Of a stretch of DNA of 64,000 nt, positions 38,223 to 47,667 are shown one piece after another. A program made the position numbers and the translations under genes. The notes under the pieces are model-generated. The model was not told the origin of the DNA. It was given only the letters and a program-made list of their open reading frames with translations, and made no database searches. Location of the stretch: contig JAGZWV010000003.1 of NCBI GenBank assembly GCA_018378775.1, positions 26,898-90,897 on the forward strand. Reading direction: 5' to 3'. Origin of the DNA: Collinsella sp. GTDB taxonomy: Bacteria > Actinomycetota > Coriobacteriia > Coriobacteriales > Coriobacteriaceae. Each line of letters opens with the position of its first letter. Within the stretch, counting starts at the first letter, position 1.

Positions 38223-40940
38223 TCAATCCTCGCCATCGCCATCGAGCAATGCCTCAAAATCTGCCGCCGGCATGGGACGGTAGTAGAGGAAGCCCTGTGC
38301 ATAGCGTGCGCCCATCTGACGCAGCAGCTGAGCCTGCGCCTCCGTCTCGACGCCTTCGATCACAACGGGCAGCTCGAGCGATTGCGCCATCCCGAGCATC
38401 GACGAAATGATTTGCGTGCTACGGCCTTGGTCGCCGTCGACGGGCACAAACGTGCGATCGAGCTTGATGACGTCGACGTTGACGTTTTTGAGCATCGCGA
38501 GCGTGGACTGGCCGGTGCCAAAATCGTCCATGTAGGTCGAGAAGCCGCGGGTGTGCAGGTCGGCCGTCAGTTTATCCACAGCCTCGGGCTCTCCGGTATA
38601 GGCAGTCTCGGTAATCTCGATGCGCATGAGCTCGGGCGATAGATTGTAGCTGGCGGCAAGCGCGCTCATATGCTCGGCGACATCGCAGGCAAGGATATCC
38701 ACGCGCGACACATTAAGCGAGATCGGAACCACGCGAAGCCCCTGGTCAAGGCGCTTGCACAGCCACAAGGCAACGCCCTGCCAAATATATTTGTCGAGCG
38801 TCACCACAAAACCGCTTTCCTCGAGCGTCGGGATAAAGGAAACGGGCGGAATGAGGGTGCCGTCATTACCAATCCAGCGCGTGAGCGCCTCGGCACCAAC
38901 AATCTCGCCGGTTTCCATGTCCACCTGGGGCTGCAGGTAGTAGGTGATACGATCGTTGGAGAGCGCATATTGGAACTCGGTGAGGGTGTTGTGAAACGCA
39001 ACCTCGTGGGCGTACTCTTCGGGGCGGAAAATGGCGATGCGCTCCTTAAAGTCGTTTTTTGCGCGCCGATTGGTAAACATGGCCTTTGCCTGCGCATCGA
39101 TGGTGATTTCCTCACTGGAGTCGATGGGGTAAACGCCCATGGACGGCCAGAAACCTACGCCGTCGTCGTGCCTGGCAACCGCTTCGCGCACGCCGGCATA
39201 AATTCGATGAATCGTATCGCGGTCAAAGGGAGCAAGGATGCAAAAGTCGTCCATGCCCCAGTAGCCCGCAACGCCCATGCCCGCGTTCTCGATATCCTTA
39301 AGCACCGTGCCCACATCGGCAAGCACGCGGTCGCCCTCGGTTTGTCCGTGCCATTCGTTAAACAGGCGCATGTGTCCCATGTCGACGGTGGCAATGCACC
39401 ATGCGCTGCCTTGTGCCGTCGACAGAAAGGCATTGGCGCGTCGCATAAACTCACTGGGGCGGTAGAGGCCGGTGAGCGGGTCGATGCGCTCGGCGATTGC
39501 GCCTTTGCGCTTGATTTCGGGAATGCAGGGACTGTCGTTGTGGAACGGTCCGTTTATGGCGCGAATGCGGCGGTCGAGTTCGTCCAAAACGGCCGGTGCC
39601 TGGTTAACAAGGCGCTCGTAGTAGACAGGCACGACCAGGCATGTGGGGGTGATGACGTCGCCGGCAATCTGGATGGGTTTTGAGACAACATGTTCCAAAT
39701 CCCCAACGAGGTGATCGAAGGCATTGCGGTCAAAACTATCGGTAAGTACAACGAACTGCGCGCTGCGCGAGCGGAATACACGGCTTCTGCCGCGGATGAG
39801 CGAGAGCATGCGGCCGGCATACTCGGAAAGCATGGCATCGACGGCGTCGGCCCCATAGCGTTCATTGAGCTGCGTTGTACCGCGAACACGCACGGCGGCA
39901 AGGCCCATCCCGCGGTTATCGCGGCGGCAAGTATCAATGGCGCCGATCAACATGCGCTGGGTTCCAAGCCCTGTTGCGGGGTCAATCGTCTCGACCAGAG
40001 CGTGATTGACGAGTTCGCCAACGTAGAGCGAGGGCGTGTCTCCGTTTCCGTCGATGCGATAGCCTCGGACGCGACAAAGCACGTAATCGCCAGCAGCGTT
40101 GCGCACTCGATACTGCATGACGCGATAGTGCTTGGAGCCGTTGTAAATCTGGTTGATATCGTTGATATAGGCCTCGAGGTCATCGGGATGGACGCGCGTT
40201 TTCCAGTAATCGTGGCAGTTGTCTATATGCTCCGAAGGAAGACCGAAATCGCGCAAGGCGCCTTGTGACCAAAGGGTGCGATGCTTGTCCAAGTTCTCGA
40301 TAAAGAAATATCGTCCCTCGTCAAGCATCGAGAAGGCGTCGAAGACACGGTCGCTGACTTCAAAATCGTCTGCATGAACTTGTTTGATATTGCGACGATC
40401 CAGGTGTACGGCATGGCGCAGCTTGTAGTCGTACATGCGGTGGTCGGCATCGAGCGTCATACGATCGGACGTTTCGCCCAGTTTTGGGTCGGCATGCGAT
40501 ACGCCATAGCTAAACGAGTGAGGCATCTCGGCGTCGTTGTTTTTGAGCAGCACCGAGCGGCAATGCTCAAGGCGCTCGGCAAGGTCGTCTTCGGTCGCGA
40601 CGGTGGACAAGATTGCGAACTCGTCGCCACCCAGGCGAAACACCGCCTCGTCAACTTTGATATAGAGCTTAAGGTACAGGCTCACCTGCATAATGTAGCG
40701 GTTACCCTCGTCGTGACCGAAGGCGTCGTTGCAGTGCTTGAGGTTATCGATATCGATAAACGCCATGGTGACCGGCGTGCCCTGCTCCCAGAGCTCTTCC
40801 AACGAGCGGGTAAAGCCGCCGCGGTTGCCAAGGCCGGTAAGTTGGTCGGTAAAGGCTGTTCTTACCAGGTCTTCCGGGCGCTCGAACAGGTCTTGAACGA
40901 TCTTTTCGAGCGTCTTTGTATAGGTGTTGGCTGTGTCCAT
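38223..40940 (-). CDS. c-di-GMP signalling protein GGDEF-PAS-GGDEF(degenerate)-EAL
   Basis: N-terminal DQLTGLGNRGG...RLGGDEFAILS; second GGDEF-like with GMDDF; EAL domain EALTRW...MDDFGTGQSTLAML...VIEGVETEAQ. Confidence 0.85.
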   Translation of the reverse strand: MDTANTYTKTLEKIVQDLFERPEDLVRTAFTDQLTGLGNRGGFTRSLEELWEQGTPVTMAFIDIDNLKHCNDAFGHDEGNRYIMQVSLYLKLYIKVDEAVFRLGGDEFAILSTVATEDDLAERLEHCRSVLLKNNDAEMPHSFSYGVSHADPKLGETSDRMTLDADHRMYDYKLRHAVHLDRRNIKQVHADDFEVSDRVFDAFSMLDEGRYFFIENLDKHRTLWSQGALRDFGLPSEHIDNCHDYWKTRVHPDDLEAYINDINQIYNGSKHYRVMQYRVRNAAGDYVLCRVRGYRIDGNGDTPSLYVGELVNHALVETIDPATGLGTQRMLIGAIDTCRRDNRGMGLAAVRVRGTTQLNERYGADAVDAMLSEYAGRMLSLIRGRSRVFRSRSAQFVVLTDSFDRNAFDHLVGDLEHVVSKPIQIAGDVITPTCLVVPVYYERLVNQAPAVLDELDRRIRAINGPFHNDSPCIPEIKRKGAIAERIDPLTGLYRPSEFMRRANAFLSTAQGSAWCIATVDMGHMRLFNEWHGQTEGDRVLADVGTVLKDIENAGMGVAGYWGMDDFCILAPFDRDTIHRIYAGVREAVARHDDGVGFWPSMGVYPIDSSEEITIDAQAKAMFTNRRAKNDFKERIAIFRPEEYAHEVAFHNTLTEFQYALSNDRITYYLQPQVDMETGEIVGAEALTRWIGNDGTLIPPVSFIPTLEESGFVVTLDKYIWQGVALWLCKRLDQGLRVVPISLNVSRVDILACDVAEHMSALAASYNLSPELMRIEITETAYTGEPEAVDKLTADLHTRGFSTYMDDFGTGQSTLAMLKNVNVDVIKLDRTFVPVDGDQGRSTQIISSMLGMAQSLELPVVIEGVETEAQAQLLRQMGARYAQGFLYYRPMPAADFEALLDGDGED

Positions 40941-41255
40941 ATGTGAGTGGCTTTCTGGGGTCGAGATGGCTTGCGTCGGATGTTTTTCTTGTCAATGTGA
41001 CCTTCTGCGGTCTATGGACGCGTGAACTTTCGTCCCCGCCTTGTTTCATCGATGGGCTAGATTGTTGTCTACTGTTTGGTTCTGTTGCCTAATGATACGA
41101 ACATCATTATAGGGGCGTTTTTGTTTAAACAGCTCAGTCGTTAATGATAATCGCCGAGTGGTAGTGTTTAGTTTGCATCGGCAAATGTGACCGAGACGGT
41201 ATATGTTGACGGGTATACTTGTTCCGTTTAAATTTGCGGGGACGGAGATGGTCGC

Positions 41256-42125
41256 ATGGCACAGTCAAATATGACGCGCACGGTGGGGCTGGCGCTCGAG
41301 GGAGGCGGCTACCGCGGTATGTATACGGCGGGCGTGCTCGACGTTTGGATGGAGCACGGTTTGACCTGCGACCATATGGTGGGCGTCTCGGCGGGCGCGG
41401 CGTTTGGCTACAACTTTAAATCGCGCCAGATCGGCCGCGCCATTCGCTATAACAAGGCCTATTGCGCCGACAAGCGCTATGCGAGCGTGACCAGCTGGCT
41501 GCGAACCGGCGATATGTACAATGCCGACTTTGCTTATCACGAGGTGCCTATCGAGCGCGATCCTATCGACTTGGAGGCGTATCGCACCTGTCCCATGCGA
41601 TTTACGTGCGTGTGTACCGATATCGAGACGGGCAAGGCCGTCTATCACGATCTGCCGTATGGCGACGAGCGCGATATCGAGTGGATTCGGGCGTCGTCGG
41701 CAATTCCCGTGGCGACGCGTCCCGTTGCTATTGACGGGCATAAGTATCTGGATGGTGGCGTGGCTGATTCTATTCCCAGCGCGTGGCTGTTTGCGCAGGG
41801 GTATGACCGCAATATCGTGGTACTCACGCAGCCGGCGGGCTTTGTGAAGCAGCCCAACAGCGTGATGCCCATGCTGCGGCGCTTGTTCCGTCACTATCCG
41901 GAGTTTGTCGCAGCGCTTGAGCACCGGCATGAGGTCTACAATGCCACGCTCGATGACCTGGCACGTCGCGAGGCTGCCGGCGAGATCTTTGTGGTGCGTC
42001 CGAGCGAATCGGTGAAGGTGCCGTCGCTGTGTCGCGAGCCCGATGAACTTGAGCGCATCTACCAGATTGGTCGCCGCGATGCGGAGGCGACCTTGCCGGA
42101 ACTGGAGGCATATCTGGCAGGGTAG
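41256..42125 (+). CDS. patatin-like phospholipase
   Basis: GLALEGGGYRGMYTAGVL (GGxR oxyanion hole), GVSAGAA (GxSxG nucleophile), DGG catalytic Asp. Confidence 0.8.
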   Translation: MAQSNMTRTVGLALEGGGYRGMYTAGVLDVWMEHGLTCDHMVGVSAGAAFGYNFKSRQIGRAIRYNKAYCADKRYASVTSWLRTGDMYNADFAYHEVPIERDPIDLEAYRTCPMRFTCVCTDIETGKAVYHDLPYGDERDIEWIRASSAIPVATRPVAIDGHKYLDGGVADSIPSAWLFAQGYDRNIVVLTQPAGFVKQPNSVMPMLRRLFRHYPEFVAALEHRHEVYNATLDDLARREAAGEIFVVRPSESVKVPSLCREPDELERIYQIGRRDAEATLPELEAYLAG

Positions 42126-42147
42126 AGGCTGCTGCCGCCATCTCGGC

Positions 42148-42193
42148 GGAAAGCGCATCCCGGAATGGAGGCTCAAACTGGGATGCGCTTTCC
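42148..42193. terminator. bidirectional terminator hairpin
   Basis: GGAAAGCGCATCCCGG...CTGGGATGCGCTTTCC between convergent patatin and thiE. Confidence 0.6.
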
Positions 42194-42237
42194 ATTGCTG
42201 AAGATATGAGGCTGCGAATCAGCTGCTCGGCCTAGAC

Positions 42238-42933
42238 TTACGCCTGCTGCCAGGTGTCGACGAGCTCCTTGGCCGCGGCGTAGGGGTCATCGGCGCTGCA
42301 GACGGCGCTCACCACGAAAAAGCCGTCGACGCCGGTGGCCTTGAGCTGTGGCAGGTCGGCCGTCTTGACGCCGCCGCCCACCACGATGGGCACGGGGCTT
42401 GCCGCGTGGAGGGCGGCCAGGTCCTCAAAGCTCTTGGTGATGATAGAGCCGTCGGCCGCGCGTCCGCAGTCGCGCTTGGTCTCGGTCTCGTGGAGTGGGC
42501 CGATGCCCAGGTAGTCGACTAGGCTCATGTCGGCGGTCTTGACGTACTCGAGCATCTCCTCGCAACGGGCGGAAAGGCCCACGATGGCGTTGGGCCCCAG
42601 CAGCTTGCGACAGACCTCGACGGGAATGTCGCTCTGACCCACGTGCACGCCGTCGACAGCAATGCCCTGCTCGCGCGCGGCGAGTACGCAGTCCAGGCGG
42701 TCGTCAATCAGCAAAGCGACCTGACCGGTCTTGCCGGCCTGTGCGATTGCCTGCGCGGCGTCGCCGGTCAGCGCAATGATCTCGCGGGCGCTTGCCACCT
42801 TGGAGCGCACCTGGATGCAGGTAAAGCCGGCGTCGAGTGCCTGGGCCACCACATCGCCCACGGGGCGCCCGAGCGTGTTTTCGGGGCCGAGCACCAGATA
42901 GGCCGAGATATCAAGGTTGTCGCGGATACTCAT
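42238..42933 (-). CDS. thiE: thiamine-phosphate synthase
   Basis: YLVLGPEN...CIQVRSK...LIDDRLD...GVHVGQSD...LGIGPLHETETK...VVGGGV: ThiE signature blocks. Confidence 0.85.
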   Translation of the reverse strand: MSIRDNLDISAYLVLGPENTLGRPVGDVVAQALDAGFTCIQVRSKVASAREIIALTGDAAQAIAQAGKTGQVALLIDDRLDCVLAAREQGIAVDGVHVGQSDIPVEVCRKLLGPNAIVGLSARCEEMLEYVKTADMSLVDYLGIGPLHETETKRDCGRAADGSIITKSFEDLAALHAASPVPIVVGGGVKTADLPQLKATGVDGFFVVSAVCSADDPYAAAKELVDTWQQA

Positions 42934-43271
42934 CGTGTTTCCTCCTGCTTTTTGATCTGAGCTTCCATGCGCTCGAGCTTGCCGGTCATGGTGTCGGTAA
43001 ATCCGGGTCGAATATCGGCTTTGAGCACGACTTCGGTGCGGATGCCCTTGCTCGCCAACACAAAGGTTGCGTCGCGCACGACCTGCATGACCTCGTCCCA
43101 GTCGCCCTCGATCTCGGTGAACATCGAGGTGGTGCGGTTGGGAAGGCCGCTCTCGCGAATGACGCGCACGACCTCGGCGACCTCGGCGGACAGCTCATCG
43201 CCGGTGCCGCACGGGGCGATGGCCACGGCGACGAGCGTATTCATGCCGGCATTGGTTGCGGGCTCGGACAT
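42930..43271 (-). CDS. MTH1187/YkoF-family small thiamine-binding-like protein (DUF77)
   Basis: 113 aa; VAVAIAPCGTGDELSAEVAEVVRVIRESGLPNRTTSMFTEIEGDWDEVMQVV matches the MTH1187 fold pattern (xGxWDEVM). Located inside the thi operon. Confidence 0.6.
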   Translation of the reverse strand: MSEPATNAGMNTLVAVAIAPCGTGDELSAEVAEVVRVIRESGLPNRTTSMFTEIEGDWDEVMQVVRDATFVLASKGIRTEVVLKADIRPGFTDTMTGKLERMEAQIKKQEETR

Positions 43272-43274
43272 GGC

Positions 43275-44115
43275 CTATGCCTCCTCGAGGTCGAGCTGGT
43301 TGTTGGCGATGTCCTGGGCGGTTGCGCGGTAGAGCTCGTCGATAAAGGCGACCTTAAAGCTTGCCGGGGCGTCGGCGACAGCGGCGGCACGCGAGCCGGC
43401 AACGTTGTAGACGGCGGTGCCGCAGACGGCGGCCGTAAACGGGTCGGCAGCGCAGGCGTACACAGCCAGCACGCCGCCTTGCGAGCAGCCGCAACCGGTG
43501 ATCTTGGACATGAGCGGGCTGCCGCCGTGGGACTTGGCCACGGTCATGCCGTCGGTGATCAGGTCGACTTCGCCCGAGACCACAACGGCGCCGCCGGTGT
43601 AGCGGGCGAGCGCCACGGCGGCATCGCGGGCGGCGTCTACCGTGTCGGTGGTATCGACACCGCGCACGCGGCTCAGATCGGCCGCCTCGCCCTCAAGACC
43701 CCACAGGCCGGCGAGCGCGATGATCTCGGAGGCGTTGCCGCGCACGATGGCGGGCTTGTACTGCTTAAGCTCGTTTACCAACTGGGTGCGCAGACTGCCG
43801 ATGCCCAGGCCCACCGGATCGAGCACCCAGGACTTGCCGGCGTCGTGTGCCGCCTTGGCCGCGCGGGGAATCGTCTGCTCGTAGATGGGGAAGAGCGTGC
43901 CCATATTGAGATAGATGGCGCCGCCGCCGGCAACGAGCGCCTCGCCCTCGTCGGGCAGATAGACCATGGCGGCCGATCCGCCCACGGCGAGCTGCGCGTT
44001 GGCGACAAAGTCGATCGTCACCGTGTTGGTGATGGAGCCGGCCATCGGATTGGTGGTGCGAATCTCCTCCACGGCCTTGACCATATGTTGCTTAAGCTGT
44101 TCCGAATCAATCACT
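43275..44115 (-). CDS. thiM: hydroxyethylthiazole kinase
   Basis: GTG start 44115 preceded by SD aaggagg (8 nt); ITNTVTIDFVANAQLAVGGSAAM, GCGCSQGGVLAVYA typical ThiM blocks; 280 aa. The longer 317-aa ORF in the track runs into the riboswitch. Confidence 0.8.
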
Positions 44116-44136
44116 GCACATGCCTCCTTGGCATAG

Positions 44137-44275
44137 AAAAGGGGCGCTGTGCATAGACAGCGCCCCTGTAAAGGCGGCATGCTCCCTACGCCAGCATTAA
44201 CTGACAGGTTCAAAGGATTGGGCCCCATGCCCTCTCAGCCTTGTGGTTTGCACCGCCGGCACTCCCGCATCGAAT
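44137..44275 (-). ncRNA. TPP (thiamine pyrophosphate) riboswitch with terminator expression platform
   Basis: Minus-strand reading: GGGAGTGCCGG...GGCTGAGAGGG...CCTTTGAACCTGTCAGTTAATGCTGGCGTAGGGA (THI-box: CUGAGA + ACCUG-N-UAAUGC(C/U)AGCGUAGGGA) followed by terminator CAGGGGCGCTGTCTATGCACAGCGCCCCTTTT and the SD/GTG of thiM. Confidence 0.85.
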
Positions 44276-44297
44276 CTGTTGTTCCCTATACTAGCGC

Positions 44298-44399
44298 ACC
44301 TGCCAAAAAGGGACAGGTTTATTTTGGCAGGTAACAACTGGGACTTTGCGTTTTCCCAGATGAAACCTGCCGAAATAAACCTGTCCCTTTTTGGCAGGT
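44298..44399. repeat. pair of AAAGGGACAGGTTTATTTT-core palindromic elements in inverted orientation
   Basis: ACCTGCCAAAAAGGGACAGGTTTATTTTGGCAGGT (44298-44332) and its near reverse complement ACCTGCCGAAATAAACCTGTCCCTTTTTGGCAGGT (44365-44399); same motif as 24796-24830. Confidence 0.6.
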
Positions 44400-44439
44400 C
44401 GGTACAATAGATGGGATTAAGAATGACCGAGGGGACTCT

Positions 44440-45348
44440 ATGATCAAACTTGTGCTGACCGATATGGACGATACGCTGATTCCAGCCGGGCATGACGGCG
44501 CCAGCGACTACGCCATTGAGGGTATTCATGCCATGCAGGCGGCGGGTTTGCACTTTGGGCCGGTTTCGGGTCGTCAGCCGTCCGCGATGGGCTGGATGTT
44601 CAAAAACCGTTCCGGGTGTTATTCGACCGGTGCGTTCTGTAACGGCCAGGTGATGTTTGTTGACGGCGAAGTAGTCGCCTCGCGCGCAATCGACAACGAT
44701 GCTCTGATGCGTTTGGCCGACTATCTGGAGCAAGAGACCGACGATACATTTCTAAAAGTCTACAGCCTGGGCGATGACTTTTGGGGCAACGATGCCCATT
44801 GTGTGACGAGTGACCCCGAGCGCGTTCGTCGCGCCATGGAGTCGGGCGGCAACGCGTGGCTCAAAGGCGAAGAGGCCCCATGTCGTCCCGTCGTCGATGA
44901 CGCGTCGGTGTTTAAGGCGAATATCTGGAGTGCCCGTTCGCGTGAGGAGCTCGCGGAGCTACGTGAGCGCGTTGCCGCTGAGGTGCCGGAACTCTCGCTT
45001 GTGTTTCCCAACAACCGAGTGCGCCTGTTCGACATCCTTCCGGCTGGTTGGGACAAGGGCTGCGCTGCGCTGGAGCTGGCGCGCGCTTTGGGCCTGACGC
45101 CCGACGAGGTGGCCGTATTCGGCGATTCTGATAACGATTTGCCCATGATCGATGCCGTTCCTAACTCCGTTGCAGTCGCCAATGCCAACGAGGCCGTCAC
45201 GGCTGCCGCACGCTGGCATATTGGCGCTGCGGCAGATGATGCGGTTGCCGGGGCTCTGCATCAGATTGCCGCCTGCGCCGCGACGGGGGAGATGCCGTCG
45301 TTTATGCGTCAAATGGACGCGGCAGGTTTTGGCGTCACGAACGTCTAG
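44440..45348 (+). CDS. Cof-type HAD-IIB family hydrolase (sugar-phosphatase-like)
   Basis: MIKLVLTDMDDTLIP (DxD motif I), GDSDNDLPM (motif IV), Cof/YidA-like cap. Confidence 0.8.
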   Translation: MIKLVLTDMDDTLIPAGHDGASDYAIEGIHAMQAAGLHFGPVSGRQPSAMGWMFKNRSGCYSTGAFCNGQVMFVDGEVVASRAIDNDALMRLADYLEQETDDTFLKVYSLGDDFWGNDAHCVTSDPERVRRAMESGGNAWLKGEEAPCRPVVDDASVFKANIWSARSREELAELRERVAAEVPELSLVFPNNRVRLFDILPAGWDKGCAALELARALGLTPDEVAVFGDSDNDLPMIDAVPNSVAVANANEAVTAAARWHIGAAADDAVAGALHQIAACAATGEMPSFMRQMDAAGFGVTNV

Positions 45349-45358
45349 GGAGAAGGCT

Positions 45359-46255
45359 ATGAAGCTTCAGCAGCTCAGATATGTTGTTAAGGTTGCCGAA
45401 TGCGGTAGCATCACCGAGGCCTCGCGCCGGCTCTTTGTGTCGCAGCCCTCGATTACCGCGTCGATTCGCGATCTCGAAAACGAGATGGGTGTGCATATCT
45501 TTGAGCGCACCAACAAGGGCGTCATTGTGTCCGAGGAAGGCGAGACCTTCTTGGGCTACGCGCGCCAGGTGCTCGACCAGGCCGACCTGCTCGAGGGCAA
45601 GTACAAAGGCACGTCCGAGCAGGTGCCGCACTTTAGTGTGAGCTGCCAGCATTATTCCTTTGCCGTTAATGCGTTTGTCGATGTGATCCGCGAGTTCGAT
45701 GCCGCGCGCTACGACTTTACCCTGCGCGAGGAGCAGACCCACGAAATTATCGAGGATGTCGCGCATATGAAAAGCGAACTCGGCATCCTGTATCTGTCGG
45801 AGCACAATCGCGAGGTCATCGAGCGCATGCTTGCCGCCAACGAGCTCGTGTTCGAAGGGCTCTTCTGCGCCACGCCGCATGTCTTCGTCTGCGCCGACCA
45901 TCCGCTGGCGGGCCGCTCCAGCGTGACGCTCGAGGATCTGGAAGACTACCCGTTCCTGTCCTACGAGCAGGGCAGCTACAACTCGTTTTACTATTCCGAG
46001 GAGCTGACCTCGACGTTCGAGCGTCGCAAAAATATCCGCGTGCGCGATCGTGCGACGTTGTTCAATTTGGCCATGGGCCTCAACGGCTACACGGTATGCT
46101 CGGGCGTGATCAGCCACGAGCTCAACGGCCCCGGCATTATCTCGATTCCGCTCGACGTGGACGAGTACATGGAGATTGGCATCATCACGCGCAAGAACAC
46201 GACGCTCACGCGCTACGGTCGGGCCTATATCGACGCGATTCGTCAGCATATCTAG
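45359..46255 (+). CDS. LysR-family transcriptional regulator
   Basis: MKLQQLRYVVKVAECGSITEASRRLFVSQPSITASIRDLENEMG canonical LysR HTH. Confidence 0.8.
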   Translation: MKLQQLRYVVKVAECGSITEASRRLFVSQPSITASIRDLENEMGVHIFERTNKGVIVSEEGETFLGYARQVLDQADLLEGKYKGTSEQVPHFSVSCQHYSFAVNAFVDVIREFDAARYDFTLREEQTHEIIEDVAHMKSELGILYLSEHNREVIERMLAANELVFEGLFCATPHVFVCADHPLAGRSSVTLEDLEDYPFLSYEQGSYNSFYYSEELTSTFERRKNIRVRDRATLFNLAMGLNGYTVCSGVISHELNGPGIISIPLDVDEYMEIGIITRKNTTLTRYGRAYIDAIRQHI

Positions 46256-46410
46256 GCTGCTGTGCTCCGCACGGTTCAAGTCTCTTTATGACAGTCCAGA
46301 CTGATATAGGAAGCATCTATATCAAACTGTTATAAACGTATATTTTACGATGACCATATGAGCGCTCATACTCTGTCCCAGTAAAGCAACCGATGCAAAG
46401 GGAGATATCT

Positions 46411-47544
46411 ATGAGCACTTCGATTCAACCGAACGCGCCGTTTCGCGCCGATATCGTCGGCAGTTTTCTTCGTCCGCAGGCTGTAAAGGATGCCCGTGCC
46501 GCCTATGTCGCGGGTAAACTCGACGCTTCCGGCCTTAAGGCCGTCGAGGACGAGGCCATCCGCGACTTAGTGGCCAAGCAGAAGGCTGCCGGCCTGCAGG
46601 TGATTACCGATGGCGAGTTCCGCCGCAGCTACTGGCACCTCGATTTTATGTGGGGACTCAACGGCATTGAGCGCCGCGCCTCGCGCACGGGCTACATGTT
46701 TCACGATGAGGAGACTACCGCCGACACCGCCGCGGTAACCGGTCCCATTAGCGGCGAGAACCATCCGTTCGTCGAGCACTTCAAATTTGTCAAGTCGCTC
46801 GAGGGTGAGGGCCAGATCGCGCGCCAGACCATTCCGGCGCCGATCCAGACGTTCTCCGAAGTCACACTCGACCGCTGTGATGGCCAGCAGGAGAGCCTGC
46901 GTGCCGTCTATAAGACCGACGAAGAGCTCGCCGATGCCATTGCCGCAGCATACCGCACCGTGATTGCCGACCTGTATGCCGCGGGCTGCCGCAACATCCA
47001 ATTTGATGACTGCACCTGGGGCATCTATTGCGATACCGACTTTGTGTCCAAGACCGGCATGAGTCCGGTTGACCTGCAAAAGGTGAGCGAGATGGGCGTG
47101 GCGCTCAACAATGCTGCCATCGCGGGCAAGCCCGACGATCTGGTTATCAATACGCACGTGTGCCGCGGCAACTATCACTCCACGTATGCCTTCGAGGGTG
47201 GTTACGATCCCATTGCACCGTACCTGTTTGCGCACGAGGATGTCGACGCGTTCTACCTTGAGTTCGATACGCCGCGCGCCGGTGGCTTTGAGCCGCTCAA
47301 GTATGCTGCTCCCGGCAAGAAGGTCGTGCTGGGCCTGGTGACCACCAAGGCCGCTGAGCTCGAGGACGAGGATGCCATCGTCGAACGTATCCACGAGGCC
47401 GCAAAGTATGTGCCGCTCGAGAACCTGTACCTGTCGCCCCAGTGCGGCTTTGCCAGCTGTGAGATTGGCAACAAACTGACCGAGGACGAACAGTGGGCAA
47501 AGATCGCGCTGGTCAAGCGCATTGCCGAGCGCGTTTGGAAGTAA
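46411..47544 (+). CDS. MetE C-terminal-domain-like protein (cobalamin-independent methionine synthase II family)
   Basis: SD agggag before ATG 46411; FRADIVGSFLRP...GLQVITDGEFRRSYWHLDF...VCRGNY...LYLSPQCGFAS typical of MetE-C/YxjG family (Zn ligands H, C, E, C context). Confidence 0.75.
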   Translation: MSTSIQPNAPFRADIVGSFLRPQAVKDARAAYVAGKLDASGLKAVEDEAIRDLVAKQKAAGLQVITDGEFRRSYWHLDFMWGLNGIERRASRTGYMFHDEETTADTAAVTGPISGENHPFVEHFKFVKSLEGEGQIARQTIPAPIQTFSEVTLDRCDGQQESLRAVYKTDEELADAIAAAYRTVIADLYAAGCRNIQFDDCTWGIYCDTDFVSKTGMSPVDLQKVSEMGVALNNAAIAGKPDDLVINTHVCRGNYHSTYAFEGGYDPIAPYLFAHEDVDAFYLEFDTPRAGGFEPLKYAAPGKKVVLGLVTTKAAELEDEDAIVERIHEAAKYVPLENLYLSPQCGFASCEIGNKLTEDEQWAKIALVKRIAERVWK

Positions 47545-47667
47545 CGCTACCGTTTGCAGGTGACGGCGCGTGCGAGACATGGCGTATCACGTACAATGGT
47601 TCGGATCGTATCGTTCGGGCAGGTTATCCGATATGCCTGATCGCCCTTCCATCATGAAAGGACTTCC

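Noticed and set aside
46256-46410. SAM or cobalamin riboswitch upstream of the MetE-like gene
   Set aside because: Only ~150 nt, AT-rich, no SAM-I/SAM-IV or B12-box consensus recognisable.
47545-47667. PyrR-binding attenuator upstream of the uracil permease
   Set aside because: No UCCAGAGAGGCU-like PyrR loop present.
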